A stretch of DNA of 63,481 nt, the filler included, from Octopus bimaculoides (Eukaryota), in NCBI RefSeq assembly GCF_001194135.2. It is 7 parts of 5 records of this genome, joined end to end, with 100 filler letters (N's around TTAATTAATTAA, not from the genome) between each part and the next. Parts side by side here need not be neighbours in the genome. Positions count along the whole stretch, not along the records: positions 31,252 to 39,864 come from NC_068988.1; positions 39,965 to 45,037 come from NC_068988.1; positions 45,138 to 60,563 come from NC_068984.1; 4 more parts are not named here. One strand, written 5' to 3'. Of the stretch, positions 37,800 to 49,120 are shown one piece after another. The translations under genes were made by a program, and so were the position numbers. A model generated the notes under the pieces. That model was not told where the DNA came from and did not search any database. It worked only from the letters and a program-made list of their open reading frames with translations. Position 1 is the stretch's first letter, and each line of letters begins with the position of its first letter.

Positions 37800-37848
<49 letters not shown>

Positions 37849-38289
37849 GATATGCCTATATACACTTATGTATNNNNNNNNNNNNNNNNNNNNNNNNNNN
37901 NNNNNNNNNNNNNNNNNNNNNNNNNNNNNNNNNNNNNNNNNNNNNNNNNNNNNNNNNNNNNNNNNNNNNNNNNNNNNNNNNNNNNNNNNNNNNNNNNNNN
38001 NNNNNNNNNNNNNNNNNNNNNNNNNNNNNNNNNNNNNNNNNNNNNNNNNNNNNNNNNNNNNNNNNNNNNNNNNNNNNNNNNNNNNNNNNNNNNNNNNNNN
38101 NNNNNNNNNNNNNNNNNNNNNNNNNNNNNNNNNNNNNNNNNNNNNNNNNNNNNNNNNNNNNNNNNNNNNNNNNNNNNNNNNNNNNNNNNNNNNNNNNNNN
38201 NNNNNNNNNNNNNNNNNNNNNNNNNNNNNNNNNNNNNNNNNNNNNNNNNNNNNNNNNNNNNNNNNNNNNNNNNNNNNNNNNNNNNNNNN

Positions 38290-38322
<33 letters not shown>

Positions 38323-39812
38323 ATGTGACTAAAAGACTATTTTATTTGCATAAAGTTCAAACAAATCATATAATGACAGAAAAGTTGTAGTAGATGTGTG
38401 TTCAGTTCCAGGTTTGTGCAGTTATTTAGTTATTTAATGCGTGAATTTAAATGAATCTAAGAAATCGATGAAGCTCTATTAACTTTATCATAAGAAAATG
38501 AATGTTATCTCAGAATAGAGAAGATATGTGAGATATTGTCTATATACATAGGATGTATGGAGAAAGAATCTGAAGTAAATAGAAAGAATGAGTTATATAT
38601 GACCATACAGATGTACAAGAATTCCTTTGCAGAATGAAACTCCGTCTGATAAATTAAATATCGGAACTTAGTTTGGAAATGAAATATCGAAGCCAACATA
38701 GACAACACATAATTATAAAAGATTTGTAAGCATATACTATTGATGCTGGCGGCTTTCCGCCCGTTAGAGCAGGATATGATAAAATGTAGGTTGAACCAAG
38801 CAATGCGATTGGCAGCTTGTTTTATTCTGTTCCTAAAATATCAGTTCTATCTTTTGGGGAGTGAACAGGATGAGGTGTCAATTATCAGAGGGTGGCAATG
38901 TTACATAAAAATGTTTAGTAACCAGTTTGGGAAGAGTTTCAATTGGTTTACCATCATTTTGTAGAGTGTTAGAATGTTCTCAAGTAGCGAGATCTCGCGA
39001 GTTGTTTAAATTATACATTGAGTAAATAGATAATGTTTCACACAAGCAAGCTATGAAAATAAAAGCTTATACTCATACAGCCAATTATGTAACTTCAAAT
39101 TTCAGTGGAAACTATAAGCACATTTGATTTTGTTTTCAGGTTTTAATTGGCTGATATATTCTTCGCAGAAACAATATCGTCTGGCATGAACTTTCCCATG
39201 AATTTTACACTACTTTTATTTTGAACTATAGGATTAATAAGGTTATGAGGATTTTCTGCTTGCATCTTCAAGGCAATTTTTTTTTTCCTGATTCACTACG
39301 ATCTCACTTTTTGAAAAAAATGTCTTCTCGTTTAATACCAATCGCAGTTTCCCATTCAGTGACAGTCACTATATTTAGATATAGCCAGAAGGGACTTGTT
39401 ATGGTAAGAAGTTAATTACACCGCCTCTTCATAACGAGTTAGATACTTTCCACAGCAATTCAAATTAATCTCTTTCAATAGAAAAACATTAGGCGCAAAA
39501 GTATCCTGTGCGCACACAAATGCATACATGTATATAGGTATCTTGTTTTATCTTATATTTGTTCCCAACATGCTGGGACATGGCCTTTCAGACTACTTCG
39601 TCGAAGGAATCGACTCACCACTTACCTTTTCTAAGCCTGTTATTTATTATTGGTCTCTTTTGTCGACACACACACAGATGTCACAAAAGTAACAGAATGT
39701 GATCTCTACTAATTTGGCCTTTAAATTCTAATTGCTAATCAGACACACTTTTTAATTTGTGATAGATATGTATATGCATGCATACACACATATGTATATG
39801 CATACACACACT

Positions 39813-39864
<52 letters not shown>

Positions 39865-40042
39865 NNNNNNNNNNNNNNNNNNNNNNNNNNNNNNNNNNNN
39901 NNNNNNNNTTAATTAATTAANNNNNNNNNNNNNNNNNNNNNNNNNNNNNNNNNNNNNNNNNNNNCAATGTGTTAGCCAAGAGGTTGATGCTTGTCGTCGT
40001 TAAGGTGGTTGATAACGCACAGACATGCGTTATTCCGAGCAA

Positions 40043-40289
40043 AAAAATTTCAACAAGAATTTTGATCAAAAATTTCAACAAAAATTTTCATAAAAATTTT
40101 CATAAAAATTTTCATCAAAAATTTTCATCAAAATTTTGATCAAAAATTTTCATCAAAAATTTCAACAAAAATTTTGATCAAATATTTTGATCAAAATTTT
40201 GATCAAAAATTTTCATCAAAAATTTTCATCAAAATTTTCATCAAAATTTTCATCAAAATTTTCATCAAAAATTTTCATCAAAAATTTTA
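40043..40289. repeat. 12-13-bp minisatellite, about 20 units of AAAA(A)TTTT(C/G)ATC
   Basis: Directly visible. It includes the perfect palindrome GATCAAAATTTTGATC. Confidence 0.9.
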
Positions 40290-40301
40290 CTATATGCATA
40301 T

Positions 40302-40330
40302 ACTAGCAGTAAAACCCGTCGTTGATCGAA
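40302..40330 (-). mobile_element. Helitron-type terminus
   Basis: Minus strand reads tcgatcaacgacgggttttactgCTAG|T, similar to the terminus at 59787-59816. The hairpin is degenerate. Confidence 0.4.
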
Positions 40331-40689
40331 TAATTACTTTTACTGTTTATCGGGAGCCACATTGAATTAGATGTATAATTTACTCCTCCTGTATGTGTGT
40401 ATTTCTAGAAAAGAAAAACCATGTAATAAGTAGATGGAAGATCATTATCATACATGAACTTGTGTTTTTTTATATGACACTAATAAGTGAGTTGTATGTA
40501 TTATTTTATTTATCTATACAGTAATGGCAATGGTAATAATTGAAGTAGAAAAAAAAATCATTTTTATACATGAAGTTTTGTTTGTTTATTACATGACAAT
40601 AATAAGTGAGATGTATTTGTTCCTTTATTTACCGATACAGGAATGACAATTATATAATAGAGTTCACTGAAATATGTAATTTACTCAAT

Positions 40690-41570
40690 TCACACCACCC
40701 TTGCCAAAGCACGTTCCGTGGACCGTGCCTCTGCTCTCTCTCTCAGCACCCGCCCCGCACCGCCGTTACTCGTCTCCCGTTTCCCCTCACCTACCAGCCC
40801 TCCACCCTACTCCAATGCACCAGTCCCGAGCCTTCCGGTGACTCCAGTCCGACCCCATCCATTTCGCACATCTTCCCCAACCTAATCCTCCCCTCCTTCA
40901 AACGAGCTCACAATCTACGTCACCTCTTGGTCCACAGTTTCTTGCCTAACCCACCTCCCCACCTGGCTCGTTCCCCTCCTCGCGCCCATGCTGCTGAACC
41001 ACCCCCTACCTTTCCAACACTACCATCCTCACAGGCATCCATCGTCGTCGTCCGTTTCATATCACTGACTCCTTTACAAGCACTTCTAGGAATGTCGTTT
41101 ACTGCATCTCCTGCTCTTTCTGTCCTTCTCTGTACATCGGCAAAACGGGATGCCGCTTGGCTGACCAATTCACAGAACTCATTCGAGATATTAGACCCGG
41201 TAACGACACCCCGGTCTCGCGTCATTTCCGCTCTACCGTCTGTGCTCACCTGTCTGTGTTTGGATCGTCTGTGGACAGGGGCCATCCGGACTCCTGCTTT
41301 CGCTGTGAACAGGAATTCTTCTTCTCTCTTCGCTCTTTTGCGTTACATGGGCTCAACTCTCCTCTCCTCTTCATCTGACTCCCCTCTTCTCTCTTTTCTT
41401 CCTCTTACCTATTTCCTCTCTTCACTCCTACTCCCTCCTCCCTTCAACGTTACTCCCTCCATCCACACCCCACCCATACACATACCAACACCTTCAATCC
41501 CACCATTACCACCACATCACACCCCTACATATCACACTCCTACATACCCCACCCTAATCGCACATCCTCA
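40690..41570 (+). mobile_element. Penelope-like element 3' fragment (GIY-YIG endonuclease), frameshifted, plus a pyrimidine-rich 3' region
   Basis: SFKRAHNLRHLLVHS, then SRNVVYCISCSFCPSLYIGKTGCRLADQFTELIRDIRPGNDTPVSRHF...EQEFFFSLRSFALHGLN (stop at 41378). Confidence 0.85.
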
Positions 41571-44500
41571 CCAAACTGAACCCGGAACCGAAAACATGTG
41601 GTGGAGAAGCAGGCATCTTACCACACAGCCACTCCTGAAACTTACATAATTTTCATAATTTTTATTCACTTCGATCATCCTTTTAAATTTGACAAAATGA
41701 TTATCGAGCACATGGATGAAGTGGGTATGTTTTTAGCCCTGGGTCAGTATTACTCGCTGACGAGAACGAAGTGATCATTCACGAAGTTCGAAATCACAGT
41801 GATATGCGTATGTCCGATTGCATTTTCGATGTATGTATTATCACTCCTGCGTGTGCTGGGGTGATAATACATACATGAGAGGCTGGCCGGCAACGTATTT
41901 TTCTGCATTATATGGATAATTTATCCTGATCACGCTATTTATAGTATTGTCACGCGTTTGAGAAATGAATTTATTTCTGTATCTTAAAATACATCTCAAC
42001 GCTTCTAAAAAAGAACAAACTTTGTTTGTTTACTTTCATCGTAAAGTTGAATATATATATATATATATATANNNNNNNNNNNNNNNNNNNNNNNNNNNNN
42101 NNNNNNNNNNNNNNNNNNNNNNNNNNNNNNNNNNNNNNNNNNNNNNNNNNNNNNNNNNNNNNNNNNNNNNNNNNNNNNNNNNNNNNNNNNNNNNNNNNNN
42201 NNNNNNNNNNNNNNNNNNNNNNNNNNNNNNNNNNNNNNNNNNNNNNNNNNNNNNNNNNNNNNNNNNNNNNNNNNNNNNNNNNNNNNNNNNNNNNNNNNNN
42301 NNNNNNNNNNNNNNNNNNNNNNNNNNNNNNNNNNNNNNNNNNNNNNNNNNNNNNNNNNNNNNNNNNNNNNNNNNNNNNNNNNNNNNNNNNNNNNNNNNNN
42401 NNNNNNNNNNNNNNNNNNNNNNNNNNNNNNNNNNNNNNNNNNNNNNNNNNNNNNNNNNNNNNNNNNNNNNNNNNNNNNNNNNNNNNNNNNNNNNNNNNNN
42501 NNNNNNNNNNNNNNNNNNNNNNNNNNNNNNNNNNNNNNNNNNNNNNNNNNNNNNNNNNNNNNNNNNNNNNNNNNNNNNNNNNNNNNNNNNNNNNNNNNNN
42601 NNNNNNNNNNNNNNNNNNNNNNNNNNNNNNNNNNNNNNNNNNNNNNNNNNNNNNNNNNNNNNNNNNNNNNNNNNNNNNNNNNNNNTATACCGTCTTTGTT
42701 AGAAGGTATCCAGAGGCAAGTAATTTATCGTTTAAACCGCAGTTTATAATTATAATTAAGTGGAGAATGGAGAAACAAACACAAGAAGAAGCAAGTCAAT
42801 TGGGCTAGTTAGCCATTGATTTAATTATGTAGAGATTGTATAATGATTCGTTTACGATCGTTTCGATGTGCCAATTTGATTGGCAGATCTCTTCAGAATG
42901 TTGAGAAGTATGTTAAAGTTCATGGTGTGAGAGATGCAGGAATAACAGTTAGTGGATATAGCAATGTATATAGTGGTATAAGAATAGAGTTAGGTAAAGT
43001 CAGTCTTACATTTTAGTTGAAGTTGTGTTAATAGTCTTCCTGCGAAGGAGAGGCAGGGTGGGTGCTGTTCAAGCTCATAGTTGAACAGCACCCACCCTAA
43101 CTCGCCTTCGTGAGTGTATGTGTCTGTGTATGTATGTGTGTATGTAGGTATACAAGCTATATATACCTGCGTGTGCAGGGGTGATAATACATACAGATAC
43201 ACGTATATATGGGTGTGTGTATATACATATACATATGAGTACGTGTAGGTGTTGATGTGTATAAATATCTCTATACATGTAAAAACTAACATTTCCCTTC
43301 TCCAAGCTTAGATTCGAAACCGAATCTAAGAATTCTCCCTCGTCGGATTTACTGAGAGCAACAAGCGCGAAATAAGGTTTTCTTTGTCTTGTCAAAAAAA
43401 TGATGGATAGCCTCCCCTCGACCTTATAACCTCATAGATGTCAAGCGAAGTTCACTGGACAGTGACTGACCTACTTAGGTACTAAACCTGCTGCAGCATG
43501 TCCATCCTTCTAGCTGCCCCTGATTTTTATAAATAGGAGAATTTAGCAGGGAAGAAGGACAGACGGAGACTGTGATGCGCGACAAACCGACCCAATGCTC
43601 TGCGACTATCACACAGAGATTTTAGCCGTGCCACGTAAGATGAAAGATTGAACACACACACACACACACACGAACATATTTAGTCTTCGGATACATCAAC
43701 TCCTGGTTCCATTTTTCCTAGCAACTCGAAGTTACCAAAATTTAATGTAGTGGTGAAGAAGCAGCAAATAAAATATGTTATAGTTGAACACAGTTATCAC
43801 TTTGTTATTTCACAGGCAAACACATGCCTATCGCACCCTGACACGATAACATCAACATACTCCACCACATTTTGGTGACTCCACTACATACATGTTTAAT
43901 ATATGCATGTGAATACATCTTCACATATATATATTCTTCTATCACTAAGCACTAACCTGTCCTCTAAGTAACCTAACCTATATTTCCAATTTCTTCATTC
44001 CACCATTTTTCTACCACTGACACCTCTCTCTGCCCTTCACTTAGGCTCTATCACTACATGCCTGACACTTCTCTGCTATTTACCTCTCATCTTTTTACAC
44101 AATCATATCTTTCTCACTCTATCACCCTCACCCCCATTCCTTCTACCTGTCACTCCTTTACTCTTTACACTCTCATCTCTTTACATCCTCATATCTTTCT
44201 CTCTCTATCATTCTCACCTCCCTATTCCTTCCATCAATTTATCCTGACTGACCACTAACCAGTACACTTTCCCTCTCTTCATTTCTCTATTATCTCTCTC
44301 CCCGCTTTTCTTTTTTCCTTTTTTTCCTTTCTATTTTCCTCTCTTCCTGTTTTTGATGTGACCTTACAAACACATTCCCAACTTTTAAGTCAATAACACC
44401 GTTTACAAACTCTATGCTGGAATGACCAATTTTAGATACTATTGGAACTTAATCACAAGGAACAGGAATCTTATATGTATACCATTTTGTCTAAATAATG

Positions 44501-44612
44501 GAACTGAAGATAAAATATCCCTGCATATCTCACGTCTATTTGCATTCCTCCACTTCACTCTCTATTTCATATCTTATCTAGAATAACTATTCCTTAACCA
44601 TTTTCTCACACT

Positions 44613-44661
44613 GTCTCCCATGAAGGGATGTATAAAATTTCCCGGAAACAACTGTAAGACT
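44613..44661 (+). ncRNA. Degenerate minimal type-I hammerhead ribozyme remnant
   Basis: GTCT-cccatga-aGGGAtgtataaaattTCCCg-GAAAC-aact-GTA-AGAC. Stem I is GTCT/AGAC, stem II is GGGA/TCCC and the cleavage triplet is GTA. The core CTGATGA carries two substitutions, so it is probably inactive. Confidence 0.55.
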
Positions 44662-44727
44662 TTCTATTTATAAATGTTCTGAAACCTTTAACAGCCTTGG
44701 ATTTTTATCTCATTCTGTTAATTTTTT

Positions 44728-45037
44728 TGGATCTTTTTTAAAACGGGGGCCACATTTTTCATTAATGTTTTACGTAGTGTTTTTGGTACCGAAAGACTTT
44801 CAAACTTCGTATACTTATCTATTTTGTGTTATAGAACAGAAAAATATTTTTGTATTCGAATTTATTTCATGTAAAAAATTGTCTTATTTCGATAATTTCA
44901 ACCAATCACTGACAAGTATTCAGTTGTTTACATTTACTCCTTTGGCTGATTAAGCCATAGCTTCGTTTTATTTGCTTTTTTCATTTTAAATTTGCTTTTT
45001 CATTTTCTTTTTTTTTTCTTCGTTTTATTTGCTTTTT
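44728..45037. mobile_element. Telomeric-hairpin MITE, copy 3 (one TIR and one arm, cut by an assembly join)
   Basis: Reverse complement of 19054-19265 at very high identity. Confidence 0.85.
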
Positions 45038-45169
45038 NNNNNNNNNNNNNNNNNNNNNNNNNNNNNNNNNNNNNNNNNNNNTTAATTAATTAANNNNNNN
45101 NNNNNNNNNNNNNNNNNNNNNNNNNNNNNNNNNNNNNATGGTCATCATCATCATCATCATCATCATCCC

Positions 45170-45335
45170 TTGTGGCCTAGCAGCTAGAGTGGTGGACTTA
45201 CACTCATAAGATCGTAGGTTCGCTTCTTGGACTGGCTGATGTCTAGTTGTGTCCTTGAGCCATTCACTTCATCTCCCATTGCTCCAGTCTGCTGAGTTGA
45301 GCGTGAGTACCAGCTGAGTATGTTTGACCCTTCAT
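45170..45335 (+). mobile_element. SINE family C (tRNA head plus CORE-like body)
   Basis: TGGCCTAGCAGCTAGAG (A-box-like), GGTTCGCTTC (B-box-like) and gtgtccttgagc...cattgctccagtc. Confidence 0.6.
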
Positions 45336-45399
45336 CTGTCTCATCCCTGATATTTTGTTCAATCAGGGCTTTTTCTGGAGCGAGAAGCTGTACGCCACT

Positions 45400-45690
45400 T
45401 CATTTGAAACAATAGAGAAAAGCAAGGTACATTATACCGGGTGAAACTGGTTTGTCCGCCACATCTATTGGATGATGAGGATAAACGAGTGCAGCGTCCG
45501 TCATTCCCATCCTTTTCAATTGGTGCAACCGCTTCCATTTAGTGTAAAGACAGGTTACCAATGAAGAGAGGTACACGTAGCTTTCCTTCCACCGACTGAC
45601 AATACTTCCAGCTGTAAACGCTTGTATTATGTTGGTGTTTTCTGTTCTCACAGCAACGTTGGTCAACCTCGGTTCGTTGTCGGTCTTCCG
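45400..45690 (-). mobile_element. Possible LINE RT C-terminal remnant
   Basis: TKWKRLHQLKRMGMTDAALVY resembles the KA.KRL..LRQLKR.G motif of L2/CR1-group RTs. The match is weak. Confidence 0.35.
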
Positions 45691-46393
45691 ATACGAAGAA
45701 AGACTAATTGAATTCGACGGCGGAATGGACAATTCTGATCTATTTTAAAAATTGTATACAACAACAACAACAACAACAACGACGACGACGACGACAACAA
45801 CAAATGCAACAAGACTACCACCACCACCACCACCACNNNNNNNNNNNNNNNNNNNNNNNNNNNNNNNNNNNNNNNNNNNNNNNNNNNNNNNNNNNNNNNN
45901 NNNNNNNNNNNNNNNNNNNNNNNNNNNNNNNNNNNNNNNNNNNNNNNNNNNNNNNNNNNNNNNNNNNNNNNNNNNNNNNNNNNNNNNNNNNNNNNNNNNN
46001 NNNNNNNNNNNNNNNNNNNNNNNNNNNNNNNNNNNNNNNNNNNNNNNNNNNNNNNNNNNNNNNNNNNNNNNNNNNNNNNNNNNNNNNNNNNNNNNNNNNN
46101 NNNNNNNNNNNNNNNNNNNNNNNNNNNNNNNNNNNNNNNNNNNNNNNNNNNNNNNNNNNNNNNNNNNNNNNNNNNNNNNNNNNNNNNNNNNNNNNNNNNN
46201 NNNNNNNNNNNNNNNNNNNNNNNNNNNNNNNNNNNNNNNNNNNNNNNNNNNNNNNNNNNNNNNNNNNNNNNNNNNNNNNNNNNNNNNNNNNNNNNNNNNN
46301 NNNNNNNNNNNNNNNNNNNNNNNNNNNNNNNNNNNNNNNNNNNNNNNNNNNNNNNNNNNNNNNNNNNNNNNNNNNNNNNNNNNNNNNNNNNNN

Positions 46394-46439
<46 letters not shown>

Positions 46440-47221
46440 CGAGAGAGTCAATACCGTTGGTTTTATGACATGGAATAAGACGAAAGTCATTGGGGAAAGT
46501 GTGTGTATGTATGTGTGAGTGAGTGTATATGAATGTAAGTGTGAGTCAGTGAGTGTATGTGTGTGTGTAGTGTGCGTAGAATCTGTGTTTTTACACACAC
46601 GCACACACACAGTTTGTCGCTCAAGAAGAATGTAAAAGTCTTTGACGTTTCGAGCCTACTCTCTTCGACAGAAAGGGATGAGAGGAAAAAAATGGAGAGA
46701 GAGACACACACACAAAGAAAACAGAGAGAGGTAAAAATGTATTTTTATAATATGTGTGTGTCTATGTTTAAGGATACTTACATACAAATATCTTCAGGGA
46801 ATTGAATAAAAAAACATTCAAGAAATGTTTGAGTGTAACAGCTTTACAAATAAAATATTGAGAGTAACTTCGAAGTTTTACTTGTGATCCTGTTCGTCAG
46901 ACAGTATAACGGAAAAGTAAGACTTCGAAATCATTCCCAATATTTTCTTTGTACTTTTCTTCGAGCAGATATTCAAATATTCACACAAACATGTACACAC
47001 ATATTTATGCATATATATATAGAGGGTGGGCCCAAAGTACATCAGAAAAGTGAGGAAGCTAATGAAGTCAGAGCTAAATGGTCCAAATCTAGCGAAGGTT
47101 GTAAACACTTGGGTAGTATCGTTACTTAGATATTCAGCAGCTTTTGTAGATTGGATAAAATCTGAATTAGCAAAGCTAGACAGAACTTAGAAGGAATTCA
47201 ATATGAATAATAATAATAATA

Positions 47222-47515
47222 AGTTAAGCAGTTGTGGTCGATAAAAACGGTAGCAGTAGTACCAATAATTGTCGGAGCCATGGAAACAGTGAAAAAAAAA
47301 ATCTCGAGAAGTACGTGGAACAAATAGGGGCTGCAATAAGGGTGGAGTACTTGCAGAAAATAGCACTGCTTGGAACCGCTCGAATACTCCGGAAGGTGCT
47401 CGGAAAATAAGAGGTGTTACCTTAGTTCACTGGTAGTGAACAGCTGACACTGTAGTACATCTCCAGCGTTAGAAGCTGTGCAAAGGCAATGAGGATAATA
47501 ATAATAATAATAATG

Positions 47516-47578
<63 letters not shown>

Positions 47579-47610
47579 GTAATAATAATAATAATAATAA
47601 TAGTAATAAT
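47222..47610 (+). mobile_element. R4/Dong-like (RLE-endonuclease) non-LTR element 3' end with (AAT)n tail
   Basis: QLWSIKTVAVVPIIVGA...LQKIALLGTARILRKVLGK* (stop at 47408-47410), a short 3'UTR, then (AAT)n at about 47495-47610. Confidence 0.8.
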
Positions 47611-47644
47611 AATAGCAACAACAACAACAACAATTATTATTATT

Positions 47645-47850
47645 ATCATCTCGGCAAAAGAATTTGATAAGCTCAGAAAATATAAAGATCTGCTAATCGA
47701 AATCGAAAAGATGTGGCATCTCAAGACGGTTACAATACCAGTGATTGTAGGAGCACTTGGAATGATCAATAAGGGAACTGAAAATTATTTAAGAATTATC
47801 CCTGGATTTCCTTCCATGCAGGAAGTGCAAAAGATTGTCTTAACTGGTAA
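47645..47850 (+). mobile_element. Second R4/Dong-like RLE fragment
   Basis: SAKEFDKLRKYKDLLIEIEKMWHLKTVTIPVIVGALGMINKGTENYLRIIPGFPSMQEVQKIVLTG. Confidence 0.8.
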
Positions 47851-48233
47851 CTGGTCACCCGTATTGAGAAGAGCATCGTTGCTGTGGATTTTCTTTCCTT
47901 TTTCCCCTTTATTTTATTTGTTTCCTCTTCTATTTTTCATTTTTTCCTTTTTCTCTCTGTCTTTCTTTCCCTTTTTCTCTATCACATGACTCTGTCAATG
48001 AGCAATCTGGTGTGTTTGTTTTAATGGCCTACCAATGTATACAATATGGGTATAAATATGTATATACATGTATATACATGTGCATGCGTACACGCGTAGC
48101 ATAGCTACATTGTGTTAGAGACATATTCGCAGAGAACCAGTTGAATGCACCGCAGTGCCTAAAATCTAAAATATATAAACTCAAATACACACCGACATCA
48201 CATAAGAGTAGAAGGAAAATGCACCATTAGAAA

Positions 48234-48284
<51 letters not shown>

Positions 48285-48919
48285 CACACGTACAGCACAC
48301 GTACAGCACACGTACAACACATAGACGACGCTCATATGCACATGCGCACACGGCCATCCGCAGCAATATATGTCTGGAGGCAGTCACGTCTCACAGTTGA
48401 AGCGAACTGGATTTCTTAACTTTGTTTATAGAATAACTGTAACAACGTCTTCAGCAACAGAGGAACAGAAATAGTAACGTTGTTATGAGAAAGAAAGAGA
48501 GAAAGAACGAGAGAGAGAGAGAGAGGTGGTGGGGGCGATGGTGGTTTTGTTGTGAGGATGAGGGCGGTGTTGGTGCTGGAAGGAGAAGTGAGGATGGTGT
48601 TGGCAGTGGTGGTGATGAGGACGAATGAAGTAGAAGAGGATGACATCATTTTGAATGTAGATGAGAAAGGGACGGAGATAGAGAGAGAGAGAGAGAGGGA
48701 TAAAGAGAAGGAGGGAGAGAGAGAATGAAAAGGGGAGAGAGAGGGATAAAGAGAAGGAGGGAGAGAGAGAATGAAAAGGGGAGAGAGAGAGAGAATGAGA
48801 CAGACTGACAGGTAGACAAGAGAGAGAAATAAAAGTATAAAATTTGGTTAAGACATCTATTGACAACCGTGACATGGAGAAAAAAAAAACGAAAACATAG
48901 CTTGGTCGTCGTTGTTGTA

Positions 48920-48972
<53 letters not shown>

Positions 48973-48983
48973 CATCATCATCA

Positions 48984-49014
<31 letters not shown>

Positions 49015-49049
49015 NNNNNNNNNNTCTTCTTCTTCTTCTTCTTCTTCTT

Positions 49050-49077
<28 letters not shown>

Positions 49078-49120
<43 letters not shown>

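Noticed and set aside
40606-41649. 347-aa Pro/Ser/Leu-rich ORF
   Set aside because: It is an alternative-frame read-through of a frameshifted Penelope-like fragment and its pyrimidine-rich tail.
46900-46925. Possible 16-nt microexon (tcag|ACAGTATAACGGAAAA|gtaaga)
   Set aside because: It is not frame-preserving and no host gene is identified. Such matches are expected by chance in 63 kb.
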